Source: Mobula hypostoma (taxonomy: Eukaryota). Taken from it: DNA of 64,000 nucleotides. The DNA lies in NCBI RefSeq assembly GCF_963921235.1, contig NC_086108.1, positions 23,126,001 through 23,190,000 of the forward strand, given 5' to 3'. The notes under the pieces are model-generated. The model was not told the origin of the DNA, ran no database searches, and saw only the letters and a list, made by a program, of their open reading frames with translations. Numbering within the stretch: position 1 is the stretch's first letter; each line of letters begins with the position of its first letter. Made by a program: the position numbers and the translations under genes. Positions 1 through 13,030 of this stretch are shown here, one piece after another.

Positions 1-334
1 TTTGTTATGATATGTACAAGTGATTATACATAAAAAAGGAATAAGATGCTGGAAATTATGTTTGCAAGTGTGCTGGTGGTACACAAACAGAATGAATGTT
101 GTGTATTTTGGAGAAGGATATTGATGGGTGAACTGTGCTATAGGAATGTCTCAACAGACTTAGTTGGAAGAATACAAAACCATATAACGCATTGAGAGGT
201 CTGTGACTATTAAAATGCCTGAATCAGAGGGGTTTGGATTTCATTGTATTCGAATTTCGGCTGTTCAGAAGGCAAATAGTATGTTGGCTTTACAAAAAAG
301 GGGTTTAGGGAATAAAGACAAGTTCTTTAGTAAC

Positions 335-1030
335 ATACAAAATGCTGGAGGAACAATGGGTCAGGCAGCATCCATGGGAATGAAAAACAATTGATGTTTC
401 AGGTCAAGACTTTTCTTCAGCACTGGAAAGGAAGAGGGGAAGGTGCCAGGGGGGAGGGGAAGGAGGACAGCTGGAATGTGATAGGTGAAGCCAGGTGGTT
501 AAGAAAGAATGGCCTTATCATTGGAATATGAGGACCGACAAGTCAGAATGGGAATGGGAATTGGAATTAAAACGGTTGAGCGCTGAGAATTCCGCTTTTG
601 GTGGATGGAGTGGAGGTGCTCAACAAAGTGGTTCTTCAATTTACAGCAGGTCTCACTCGCGCAGAGGAGGCTGCATCGGGAGCATCGGATGCAATAGGCG
701 ATCCCGACAGATTCACAGGTGAAGGGTTAAAAGGATTGTTCAGGGTCCTGAATGGAGGTGAGTGGGCAGGTGTAGCACTTTGACTGCTTGCAGGGAAAAA
801 TATCAGGTGGCAGATTACTGGGGAGGAACAAATGGACAAGGGAATCACTAGAGGAGTGATATCTGTGGAAAGTGCAGAGATGGCGGGGCGGGGGGAAGGT
901 AAAGATACCTTTGTTAGTAGGATTCCTTTGGAGATGGTGGAAGATGCGGAGACTATGTGTTGAATGTGGAGGATCATAGGGTGGTAGGTTAGGACAAGAG
1001 AAACTCTTACTCCTGTTAGGGTGGCGGGAA
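335..1030 (-). mobile_element. Degenerate Penelope-like element 3' fragment (GIY-YIG region plus terminal repeat)
   Basis: The minus-strand ORFs 636-1082 and 727-1119 contain 'RVSLVLTYHP..HIQHIV' and 'CKQSKCYTCPLTSIQDPEQSF', which match the better-preserved GIY-YIG copies at 21959-22690 and 23140-24070. The PLE terminal repeat 'aatgctggaggaac..ggtcaggcagcatc' is at ~341-372. Confidence 0.8.
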
Positions 1031-3235
1031 GATGGGGTGTGTACAGTATAAAGGTCTTTTGCTTCTGTTCTCTGAGCTCCACATGCAGGTTTGCTCTCCT
1101 TTTCTGAGAAATAAAACACCTTCCTTAGAGAGAATGGAACAGAGGTATAATTCAGAATAATTCCTGGGATGAGGATACCCCTAATTAAGTAGATGCATCT
1201 GAAGTTAGAAAGAGTGATGTAATTGACACTTATAATATTGTTAAAGGATGAACAGGGCTGGCACTTTGTGGAGATTTTGCATCTCTGAAGAATATGGAAC
1301 TATGAAAAGAAGAAAAAAAAGTCTAAAAATTGGAGACTTGACAACATTTGGAATTCTCTTCCCCCGAGAGCTGTAAATATTGGGCAATGAGCAGGGTCAG
1401 TCAGACCAATGGATTTTTGCCCACTAAGATAGTGAAGCGAATGAAGGAGTTGTCCTGATGTTATTGATTGGAACATGTACTGGTTTTTTATGTGCTTCTG
1501 ATTGAGGAAATGCTGTTGTGAAATGTAGTTAGATAATAGACAGTCTGTGTGTTTGCCAATAGCCCCAATTCCACAGCTTTCAAAAGTAGCTGAGGAGTTA
1601 CCCGTTGGAGTTTAATGTACCTGTCAGACCTCTCTTTATGCTGCTCTAAATCATGTGGCACAGACCTTTCCTCTTCCTGTAAACTCTGCTTAGTCTCATA
1701 TTACATCTACCAATATCTAGGCATTAGAAAAGTAGAAACCTCTGGATAATCCTTCAGTGTAATTTATTTTAATTGAGTCAGCAGCTAATATGTTGCACCT
1801 TGATCTATAAATCACATAATCCAAGTTGGCACTCATGCACAGACTGTGGGAGTGAAGCTCGATCAAAATGTATTCTTTCCAGTGAGATATTAAACTGAGC
1901 CTTCAGCTGATGCTTCGGGTGACTATGAAAAATCCTATGCTTATTACTTAAAGGCTACAAGGGGAATTATTTTTTTGTAACATGACCAATATTTATTCCA
2001 AAATCAACATCAGTGAGATAGATTATCTGGAAATTTTTGCAGCGATATTAGAGGGATCTTGCTGTGTGAAAGAGGCTGTTGTACTTCCAGTGTTACAGAT
2101 GGACTATACTTCAGGAGTCCTTAATTAGTAGTGAGATATTCCATGGAAGTTGCTTTAGAAGTGTAATAATATATGTTAATATAAACATATACATACCTGG
2201 CATAGAGACATCAGGGTCAGAGTACTTTCCTAATCCTTCATCCACAATTTCCCAAGCAGCGTTCTCCTGAAAGTGAGAAAAAACTTTGAGCTGTAAGAGC
2301 TAATTGTCAATTAGTGAAAGAAAAGAGAAAGATCAGATAGATTGACATTAAAAAACACAGTCTATTCTTTAGAACAGCCTAGGAACAAAACAATTCCCTC
2401 AGAGATAAAAGTCACAAAAATGAGAAACTGGACAAAGATGTGTGGACCATCAAAGATGGAAGCTGAGGTTGATGAGAAAGCAGCTCAAAGGAGAAAGGTC
2501 GGGGATGAAGTTTAGATGGACAAAGTGGAAGACGAGAACAATGTGGATTCTATTTTAGTGAGAGAGCTTGTAGCAGAGGTAAAGGAAATAATGAACTACC
2601 AATTCATCATGAGACCATTTCTAATGCATACTATTCCCATTAAGCTCAATATGGTTTTATATCCTCCCCCAAGATTTGAAAATAAACACAGACTTGAGTT
2701 GAGGTAATCTAATTCGACCACTTCAATTTACAGTAGGGAGTTTTTCCCCTTGCTTTAGGGGACTGGTGCGGGTTTTGGGGAGGATGGTTGATATCTCATG
2801 CAGAGTCTGGCAGAACCTGGGTGGAGGAGGAGGGAAGGAAGGTGCCAATCATGATTGCCTTCCTCTCCTTGGCATTGGTAGATCTAATGTGCTGGTATTT
2901 CATGCTGACGTTGGAGAAAGCTCCCACAAAAGCCTCAAGAGCTCTGTGGCAAAGACTTTGCCTGTTTCCCATGCCTTCTGCTGCCAGCAATCTATTGGAC
3001 CAAATTCCTGGTGTGCAGTGGCTGTGATGTCATCAAGCTGGCTGAACAGCCAATCACATTAAACAGTTCTCACAGACGAGAAACCAGGAAGCAATTTACA
3101 TTAACTTTTTAAACATTACATAGAGTCATAAAAAAGTGCACATTTGATTAAAAGAGAAGCTAAGAGTTTCTAAACATTTTTAAAAAGTACAAATGTAACT
3201 ATTATTACATTTTTACGACATTATTACATTATTAC

Positions 3236-6200
3236 GACACCCCGGCTGAAATCTGGAGGAAAACACACAGAGGATGCAGAGGAGGATCAAAAAGGTGAGG
3301 GAAGAGGACCGGGTCGAGACAACAGAGGCTTATGGAGAAGAGGAGTTATAAGCCGTGTCGCCCCTCCCTCATCATGGGCAATCTGAGATCGCTGGGTAAT
3401 AAAATGGACGAATTGACGGCACTTGTCAGAAGTCAGAGAACATTTCAGGAGAGCAGTGTCACGTGTTTTACTGAAACTTGGCTGCACGAGGACATACCCG
3501 ATCAAAGCGTTTCCATAGAGGGCTTCCAGACTGTTCGAACTGACTGGAATTGCACTGAGAGCGGTAAGCGTAAGGAAGGTGCGCTCGTGGTTCTGGTAAA
3601 CAACAGATGGTGCAATTCTGGTCATATTACAATCAAGGAACGTGTTTATAGCCCGGATATTGAACTTTTTGCTGTTGGACTCCGGCCATATTATTTGCCA
3701 AGGGAAATCTCGTATGCAATTGTGGTTGTTGTGTACATCCCTCCCTCTGCCAACCCGACGTCAGTATGTAACATCATTTACACCGTCATAGCCAGATTAC
3801 AAACCCAACACCCGAGTGCCCTCATTACCATCTCGGGTGACTTCAACCATGTTACCATGGCTAGAACACTGCCCAACTTCATGCAGTATGTGAGCTGTAC
3901 AACCAGAGGGGAGAGGACTCTGGACTTGATGTACGCTAACGTTAAGGATGCATACAGCTCCTCTCTCCTCCCCCCATTGGGAAGGTCAGATCACAACCTG
4001 GTGCATCTAAAACCCTGCTACATGCCTCTGGTGAAGAGTAAACCTGCAACCTCGAGGACAGTGAGGAAATGGTCAGAGGAGGCTTACGAGGCGCTCCAGG
4101 GTTGTTTTGAGATGACAGACTGGCAGGCACTCTGTGAGCCACATGGAGAGGATATTGATGGGCTCACAGAGTGCATCACTGATTACATCAATTTCTGTGT
4201 GAACTGCAATGTTCCGACAAGAACTGTCCTTTGTTATTCGAATAATAAGCCATAGGTATCAAAGGACATTAAGGACACCCTGAACGCTAAAAAGAGGGCA
4301 TTTAGAGATGGAAATAGGGAGGAGCTCTGGGCAATACAGAGGGACCTGAAAGCCAGAATCAGGGAGGCTAAAGACAGGTACAGGAGGAAGCTTGAGTGGA
4401 AACTCCAGCAGAACAACATGAGAGAGGTCTGGAGTGGGATGAGGACCATCACTGGGTTCCGGCAAACTAACAACAGAGGAGTTGAAGGCAGTGTGGACAG
4501 GGCCAATGAACTTAACCTGTTCCTTAACAGATTTGACATTGTGGCCCCTGCCCATCCCCCACATGAGTCATCTGTTGTCGGCCCCAACCAACACATATCC
4601 ACTCTCCCCTCCTACCCCTCCTCACAGTCCCCCACCCTGCTCTCATGACTATACCCCTTCCCCACACGAAACCACCACGGTGGGCTTCACAGCTGAACGG
4701 GTGAGCTGAAACGTCTCAACTCAAGCAAGGCTGCAGGACTGGATGGTGTCAGTACCAGGGTGCTCAAAGCCTGTGCCCTTCAGCTATGTGGAGTTCTTCG
4801 CCATGTATTCAACCTGAGTCTGAGGCTCCGGAGGGTTCCTGTGCTGTGGAAGATGTCCTGCCTCGTCCCTGTGCCAAAGATGCCGCACCCCAGCGGCCTC
4901 AATGACTACAGACCAGTGGCGTTGACCTCCCACATCATTAAGACCCTGGAGAGACTTGTCCTGGAGCTGCTCTGGCGTATGCTCAGGCCACACTTAGATC
5001 CCCTCCAGTTCGCCTACCAGACCCGACTAGGAGTTGAGAATGCCATTGTCTACCTGCTGAACCGTGTCTATACCCACCTGGACAAGCCAGGGAGCACTGT
5101 GAGGGTCATGTTTTTTGACTTTTCCAGTGCGTTCAACACCATCCGCCCTGCTCTGCTGGGGGAGAAGCTGACAGCGATGCAGGTGGATGCTCCCCTGGTG
5201 TCATGGATTCTTGACCTACATGACTGACAGACCACAGTACGTGTGCTTGCAACACTGTATGTCCGACAGAGTGATCAGCAGCACTGGGGCTCCACAGGGG
5301 ACTGTCCTGTCTCCCTTTCTCTTCACCATTTACACCTCGGATTTCAAGTACTGCACAGTGTCTTGTCATCTTCAGAAGTTTTCTGATGACTCTGCCATAG
5401 TTGGATGCATCAGCAAGGGAGATGAGGCTGAATACAGGGCTACAGTGGGAAACTTTGTCCCATGGTGTGAGCAGAATTATCTGCAGCTTAATGTGAAAAA
5501 GACTAGGGAGCTGGTGGTGGTCCTGAGGAGGGCTAAGGCCCGGTGACCCCTGTTTCCATCCAGGGGGTCAGTGTGGACATGGTGGAGGATTACAAATACC
5601 TGGGGATACCAATTGACAATAAACTGGACTGGTCAAAGAACACTGAGGCTGTCTACAAGAAGGGTCAGAGCCATCTCTATTTCCTGAGGAGACTGAGGTC
5701 CTTTAACATCTGCCGGACGATGCTGAGGATGTTCTACGAGTCTGTGGTGGCCAGTGCGATCATGTTTGCTGTTGTGTGCTGGGGCAGCAGGCTGAGGGTA
5801 GCAGACACCGACAGAATCAACAAACTCATTTATAAGGCCAGTGATGTTGTGGGGATGGAACTGGACTCTCTGACGGTGGTGTCTGAAAAGAGGATGCTGT
5901 CCAAGTTGCATGCCATCTTGGACAATGTCTCCCATCCACTACATAATGTACTGGTTGGGCACAGGAGTACATTCAGCCAGAGATTCATTCCACCCAGACG
6001 CAACACTGAGCGTCATAGGAAGTCATTCCTGCCTGTGGCCATCAAACTTTACAACTCCTCCCTTGGAGGGTCAGACACCCTGAGCCAATAGGCTGGTCCT
6101 GGACTTATTTCCTGGCATAATTTACATATTACTATTTAACTATTTATGGTTTTATTATTACTATTTAATTATTTATGGTGCAACTGTAATGAAAACCAAT

Positions 6201-6262
6201 TTCCCCCGGGATCAATAAAGTATAATTATGACTATGACTATGACTATGACTATGACTATGAC
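3236..6262 (+). mobile_element. Rex1/Babar-clade non-LTR retrotransposon, near full length and inactivated (APE endonuclease + RT)
   Basis: APE motifs (MGNLRSLGNKMDEL, FTETWL, GDFN, TLDL, SDH) lie in 3332-4255. RT motifs (NDYRPVALTS, LQFAYQ, FFDFSSAFNTI, GAPQGTVLSPFLF, KFSDD) lie in 4760-5546, with the C-terminus to 6091. There is a premature TAG at 4253-4255 and several frameshifts. AATAAA at 6214-6219 is followed by a tandem hexamer tail. A low-complexity candidate TSD, TATTAC, occurs at 3230-3235 and 6263-6268. Confidence 0.9.
6227..6262 (+). repeat. (TATGAC)6 tail of the Rex1-like LINE
   Basis: Six perfect TATGAC units follow the AATAAA. Rex1 elements characteristically end in short tandem repeats. 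Confidence 0.9.
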
Positions 6263-6374
6263 TATTACTATGGAATTACAAAAGTATAGAAATTGTGGAC
6301 TTTTTTTAGGGTTGCCAGTTTGTGAAACTTAATTATGGATTAATTCATCAAAAGCTATGTGTCATTTAATCCAA

Positions 6375-6580
6375 TACTTTATTTGTTGAAATACAGTGCA
6401 ATATAGGTTCTTTCAGCTTTTCAGCCGGCAACCCCTAAATTAACTCCAGCATAATCATGGGACAATTTACAATAACCAATTAACCTACCAACCGCTGCAC
6501 CTTGGAACTGTGTGAGGAAACCAAAGCACCTGGAGGAAACCCACACGGTCAAGGGAAGAATGTACAAACTCCTTACAGAC
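6375..6580 (-). mobile_element. V-SINE (HE1-like), 5'-truncated
   Basis: The reverse complement has the V-domain 'gtgtgggtttcctccaggtgctttggtttcctcacacagttccaag..ggttaattggttattgtaaattgtccc' and an AATAAA-type tail. Confidence 0.75.
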
Positions 6581-7323
6581 AGGGCAGGAACGCTCCATAA
6601 ATCCTGACCTACCGATCTGTCAAGTAATTTCCTTTGATTGCAGTGGAGAAGGGTGCAAGCAGCACATACCATGAATGCACACAGCTGCATTTCCTTTTCT
6701 GTATTAAACTACGCGTGACGGCCTCAACTGTAACCTCTCATACCCTGAGGTTACTGTCAGTGTTTCATATAATGTCAGTAAACACCAGTGATCTCACTAA
6801 TGCAAATGTAGGAAATGAGATTCTCCATTAATCTGGGTCTCAATGTTGTGTGAAAATCCTTTTCTCCTTTCGTCATTTCTGCCATTACTTCACTCTTTTA
6901 TTAATTGAGTCAAAGAGTTTGCGTCAGGTGCTCTGGTTTGTTCCCACATCCCAATAGAATGCCAGTAGGCTAAATGGCCATTGTAAATTACCCCAAAGAA
7001 CATGGAACAGTACAGCTCATTATGGGCCCTTCGGCTCATGATGTTGTAGTGACCTAAAGTGGGTGAGAGTAGTGTAGGTAAGAGGTGAAAGAATCAGTGG
7101 GGTGTTGATGGGTCTGTGTGGGAAGTGGTATAAAAATGAAGGGAGTGGTCTGCTCCTTATCATTTGAACTTCAGATGTCTTTCTGTTGATGATCTTTATT
7201 TTTAAGAGTCCTGGTATCATACAGATCCTTTGGGTCATCAAGCAGCCATTCACACCGATCATTCTATAATCCCACTTTATTCTCCCCACATTTTACCACT
7301 TACCTACACACAAGAGGCAATTA

Positions 7324-8383
7324 CTCTGAACAACACTTTTTTTTGAAACTTGCTTCCTCAGAAATTTTTCTTGTTTACGATAGACCACTTAAATCTGAAC
7401 ATAAATATAATTTCAGACTACTTGTATCACTTGGTCTGAAGTTATATTTATGTTCAGATAAATATAATGTGGAGAAACAGGAAAATAATTTTTATTCAAT
7501 ATAATGCATTTAATTGCATTGCGGAGTTGACGCTTTGCAATAGTTCAACTAAGCTAAAAATGTTTTGCTGATGATTTCTGTTTGTATTCAGTGTCTGAGG
7601 CTTCTTGTTTAAGTGTCCAACAATAATCAGCCAACATAGGTGTATTCCTGTTTTGCCCTGATACTGTTTCCCTATTACTGCAATGATCTGGTGAAGCCTT
7701 TCACTATGCTCGTCATTGACAGCATCAAAATTTGCAGGGAAGAAATCTAAATAGGAATGCAGAAAATGAATCTTTAGAGACATGTTGCACTTTGTGCTTG
7801 AAACGTGTTGTCAACCAGCTGCTGTTTGATGCTCTGTAAGAAGAAGAAGAAGAAGAAGAATGCCTTTAACTCCGAGTGGAGTCATTGGGACACTGTCATG
7901 ATGGCTTTTTTTTTTAGCAGGCTTTCTTATTTTTACAAGGCCAAGTTGCTAGCTCGACGTCCAATCCAGCATGGATGGAAAGCGTGCAAGGGAGCCGGCT
8001 GGATTCAACCTCGGGGGCCTTCGCTCCAAAGTCCGGTGCTGATGCCACTATGCCACCAGCCAGCTTTCATGTTCCGTATTTGCCAATAAGTTTTTCAGCA
8101 ACTCCCTTGAATGCCTTCCATGCGATTTTCTCTGGTCCCAGAAGAAATTCTTTGAATTACTTGTCATTGAGGACCTGTTTGATTTGTGGACAAACAAAAT
8201 GCCTTCCTTATCTTGGAATCAATTATTTTGACTTGAATTAAGAATTGAAATAACAAATATAGGTAACTTCAAAAAAAATTGTGCACGATAGGGAAATTTC
8301 ATGGTGATGTTCATGATCAGCAGCCCAAACTTTATAAGATACACCCAAATGTATTCAGGAAGCAGAATCGTTGTTGTCCAGTG
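7324..8383 (-). mobile_element. Internally deleted Chapaev3-like (CMC) DNA transposon with a transposase C-terminal remnant
   Basis: The minus strand encodes 'EKIAWKAFK..' and then 'KCNMSLKIHFLHSYLDFFPANFDAVNDEHSERLHQ..KQYQGK' (ORF 7496-7783). The ends are imperfect inverted termini: CTCTGAACAACA..TGCTTCCT at 7324 and rc CACTGGACAACAA..TGCTTCCT at 8383. TTA flanks both sides (7321-7323 and 8384-8386), fitting the TWA TSD reported for Chapaev3. Confidence 0.75.
7838..8064 (-). mobile_element. tRNA-derived SINE with (TTC)n tail, nested in the Chapaev3-like transposase
   Basis: The reverse complement begins with an A-box-like TGGCATAGTGG and a B-box-like GGTTGAATCC, and ends in (TTC)n, seen as (AAG)n at 7838-7860 on +. 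It interrupts the transposase reading frame. Confidence 0.75.
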
Positions 8384-9727
8384 TTACCTGTAACCTATCA
8401 ACCAATCAAACTCATATTGTTACAGTGACAATGTGCAAACTCCACACAGATAACATTAGAGGTCGGATTTGAATCTGGTGCTGCAGCTCGATCAGCAGTG
8501 TCACTCTGCCCAGCCTAAAACTCTCCTGGTGAATGGAGTACCTTTTGCTCTTAAACCTTGTGTTCGATTTTTCCAGTCCTTCTCAGTTCAATGAAGTGAG
8601 CCTTTCTGAAACTTTAAATTGTCTTTTTGATGTAGATGCTTACTGGTAATTGAATCTGGAGTGATTTGTATGGTGTCAGCTGCAGTATTGGGGTGTTTAT
8701 ATGCATTGTTCATATCCTGGTTGGAGGCCATTCAGTTTACCCCTGTGTGCCCAGTGTACGTCTCTGTCTCTCCAATATTCCAAAGTTATGGAATGAACTC
8801 TCCAGCCTCTTCTCCACATTTCTCACCACCTCGGTAAAGCAGCTAGCACAATCAAAGACCCCACTCACGCCAGACATTCTCTCTTCTCCCCCTCCAATGT
8901 CCACAAAATACAAAAGCTGAGAGCACATAGCAGCAGGCTCAGGTACAGCTTTCATTTGGCTGTAATAAGACTATTGAACAGTCCCCTAGTATGAACAGAT
9001 GATCTCACAATCCCCCTCAGCAAGGCCCTTTCACTTTATCAGCTCCTTCACCGCACATTCTCTGAACAGTAAAGCTTTATTCTGCATTTGTTATAGCTTT
9101 TTCCCTTCTATTATCTCATTACATTGATGTGATAAATTTATTAGTATGAGTAACATGCAAAACAAAGTACCTCAGTACATATGACAATAATAAACCGATT
9201 TATCAATTCTAAATTTTACATTTCCATTTCATCCAGATACCTAGTTACAGAAAGAGATTGGGTAGAGCTAGAACTTTATAGAGGTGTATACAATCATCAA
9301 GAGCATAAACAGTGTAGGAACTCTGCATCTGTTCTCTGTGTTGTGCTTTTATTATGGTAACTAGTCACGTGGGTGGAGTGGGGTAAAGCAAAGGCAATAA
9401 GATACGTATTCATGCTTTGTTCTGAACAGTTTGGTTCTGGGGACCACCTAGTGTCATATCTTTTGTTGACCACTTAATTTATGCGTAATTATATTTAGTT
9501 ACACTTAATTACATCGCTTCAAGATTGCATGTTTTGTTAGTTACTAATAAAGGATCGAATACATTTCTTCGACTTTGTGAACATCATTACTGGAGTGATG
9601 GGAGGGCATTTCATACAAGGATAACAAGCCATGCTAGGATTCCAGCGACGGCAATTACTTTGTTAGAATTGGCCACTATAGACAGGATGAATGCATGCAG
9701 TCTTTTGTTCCATCTAAAGGGAACCAT

Positions 9728-9995
9728 GAACTAGAAAGCATAGGATTAAGGTGAGAGGGAAAAGATTTACCTGGTATGTGAGAGGCAACATTGTCACACA
9801 GAGTGTATGGAATGAGCTTCCAGAGGAAGTGATTGCGGTAGGTACAATAACAACATTTAAAAGACACCTAGACAGGAAAGATTTAGGGGGCTATGGGCCA
9901 CAAGTGGACAAACGGAAATAGCTTAGATGGGTGTCCTGGTCATCGTGGACATGTTGACTGAAAGGCTTGTTTCAGAGCTGCATTGCTCTACGACT
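9728..9995 (+). mobile_element. CR1-like LINE 3' end fragment
   Basis: It matches the 3' ends of other CR1 copies here ('aaggtgagaggg..tggaatgagcttccagaggaagtg..acatttaaaagacac'). Confidence 0.7.
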
Positions 9996-12444
9996 TTATG
10001 AAAACTGCAGCCTTATGTCAGGTGTGAACTGTACACTGGAATTACAAGCTCAATGTGCTCTGCCAGTTGTATGTGACCCACAGAGATCCATGGACCATAC
10101 CTCCCTACTGTGACACCTCTGGGATGGGTTATAATGGAGGACTCATCTTTGACCCTTTGGTGAGGAAGAATGATGTTCAGAGACATTTGAAAACACTCGT
10201 TATGGATTAACTACAAGTCAAAAGTAAAGTGACTTGAAAACACCATACCCTGTAACTGATCAGTTAGAATTATAACCATATGACAAAATATTTAAATTAA
10301 GCAAAAAACTTAGGTAACCTTGTTTTATGGGGAAGCAGGTTCCAAGGTTTGGTAAGTGAGACAGAAGACATTGATTATGTATAAGCACACCAACCATTTG
10401 TTTACAGACATTCAACCAAACATCAAAGTTACCCAAAGTTATAAGAACTACAACACTAGACATTCAGTAACACTTCAAACTGGGCAGGTACTTCATTAAG
10501 TCTCCCTAAGTTACACAACTACAAAACTAAACATTCAACAGATAGTCAGCATGTGGACCCTCTCATATTTGCAGCATACTGTACTTTCCCAATGGTTCTT
10601 CAGCACTGGTCGCGACCTCAGTGTGAAAAAAACCCCTGGGGACAAAGGAAAAGCCAGTGAGTTCCTCACACGTGATATTATACCCCTGAGGCACTTGGAA
10701 CTGGACAACAGTGCTCTGGCATGCAATGAGAAAGAGCTGCCGCACCCCTTGAATGGGTCAATCAGCAACCAGCATGGCAGATTTGGCTTTTCACCCGCAA
10801 GTAGACTAACCCTTCACATTACAGCTTGCCTTTATAATTAAAATGAATGAAATGAAAGGTGTTGCTGTCTATGTGCCGATTATAGCTGTAGTGAAGTGCA
10901 TTAGCAAACCCCATCCCCAACAACCCCTTGTTCCAGAATGCTCTTATTTGCCACAGAACTCACTGGATATACTGTACTTCCAAGAAGGCAAAGACATATT
11001 GAACAGCAGAGGACAGATAGGCGGTAGTAACTTTCAGAATAGCTATGCATAATGGAGCATAAACAAAACAAATGTACTTGGGACAGGACTTAGATTTGCT
11101 GGTTCAGAGGCAGGAAATCTATTATTAAGCAGAGAACAAGCTGATCCTTATATATCTTTATTTGTCAATTTATTTTACTCTAGCTATAAAACATCTTGAT
11201 CTTTGTGATTTAACGTAGAATTCTATCTCTGAATCTTCACATGCTTCAACATACTATGTGCTTGATTTATTCAAAGGAGAAGGCTAAATAGACCTTTCCC
11301 ATTCCACACCTTGTAAGCACATCTTCATATTAAACTATGACATATTATACTCTTTTGTAATAGATTACTGGTCATTGATTATTACAGGGTTATAACTAGT
11401 TGTAATTTTTTATGCTCATTTTTTCTTTGTTGGCTTCCATCTCCAAAGACCCTCTTATTGACTCCTAAGAAATACAATATGTACTCAATTTTTTGGCAAA
11501 TTTCTCTACTTACTAATTTTTTTTGCATGCTTTTGCAGATTTTCTCTTTACTCACTGTGAGGTGCTGGAGAAAATATCCATTATCTGGAGAAATTATTGA
11601 GGATCAATATTTTCTTGGCTCAACTCTTGTAATGTTATCTTTGAATGAGTTAGCCACAAGTTCCCCTTTAGACCTAGAGCACATACTGTAGTTCAGCTCT
11701 ACAGTGTTGTAAGTGTTATTTTAGTATGGGGTATTAATCTGAAGACCACCAAATTTTCTGGAGTGCTCCACTTAATTCTCCCTTAATTTAACAACTCCTC
11801 CCCTAGTGATTGTAACTTCAGATGCCAAGGCCTGAACTCTGGAATTTCCTCTTAAATCTTCACTGCCTTCCACAAACATTATGCCTCTAATCAGGCTTTT
11901 GGTCATCTGCTGAAGATCTTTTCATGAGTCTCTTCCAAAATTTACTTGTTATTGTCCCCGTGACTTTAAAGGCACTATGTGTTGTACTGCGTGTGACTAG
12001 CAAAAGTGTGTTCAGCCATGCTAGTTACAAAAATGAATATATTTGAATATATTTCTTTGCTTTCTTCATTAACTGAGGTGTGATTTCAGCTCAATCAGGC
12101 TTACTGGGTAGGATGTGGCAGTGACTCACTTTGTGTTATGAACCAGATTTAGAACACAAAACGATGGAGAATATTGTGAGGAGAGAAGTGGGTGAACATA
12201 ATTCCCTAGCATCCCCCTGCCCATTATTTAATTAGAGGCATTTATCAATGCCTGCCTTATAATGGAGTAAAGGAATGTTATTGCTATTATCTATATCTGA
12301 AATTACAGCATATAATAAAACTTTGGAATGTAATCACTTTAATTATTACAATGAACGACACTTCATGAAACAAGATCCTGCCAAGCACATTAGTTAAGGT
12401 TCATTTAATTCAGATTATCTTTCCATGAACATGCATGAAGGTGG

Positions 12445-13030
12445 AACATCAGATTTGATTAGGGAGCTTAAGGTAAAGAACCCTTAGGAGGCAGTGATTA
12501 TAATCTGATAGAATTCATTCTGGAGTTTGCAAAGGTGAAGCTAAAATTGATATACTGACATTACAGTGCAGTAAAGGTAAGTACTGAGACATGAGAGAGG
12601 AGCTGTTGAAAGTTGATTGGAAAAGGACACTAACATGGGTGATGATGGAACAGCAATGGCTGGAGTTTATGGAAGCAAATTGGAAGGCATGGGATTATTT
12701 CAGCACAAAGAAGAAATATCCTAAAGGGATGATGAGCCAATCGTGGCTGAGAAGGGAGGTCTAAGATAGCGTAAAAGCAAAAGAGAATGCATACAGTATT
12801 GCACAAAAATAGCAGAAAGTTAGGAGATTGGAAATGTACAGAAATCAAAAGGAAGTAACACAAACAATAAGGGAGAAAAGATGAATATGAGGGTAAGCTA
12901 GCTAATAATATAAAATAGGATAACAATTTTTTTCAGGTATCTCAGGAGTAAAGACAGGCAAGAGGAGACACTGGACTGCTGGAAAATGACACTGGATAAG
13001 TAGTAAGAGAGAACAAAGAAATATCACAAA
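12445..13030 (+). mobile_element. CR1-like LINE ORF2 fragment (endonuclease-RT linker), degenerate
   Basis: It is colinear with the CR1 copy at ~46020-46610 ('agggagcttaaggtaaagaacccttaggaggcagtgattataat', 'gttgattggaaaaggacac', 'aagctagctaataatataaaa'). Confidence 0.75.

Noticed and set aside
7990..8064. tRNA gene
   Set aside because: A/B-box-like motifs are present, but they continue into a SINE body and (TTC)n tail with no acceptor stem, so this is a SINE head.
10535..10841. Overlapping ORFs in unique sequence upstream of PAPPA2
   Set aside because: I found no recognisable domain, motif or convincing splice pair, so a coding call is not supported without a homology search.
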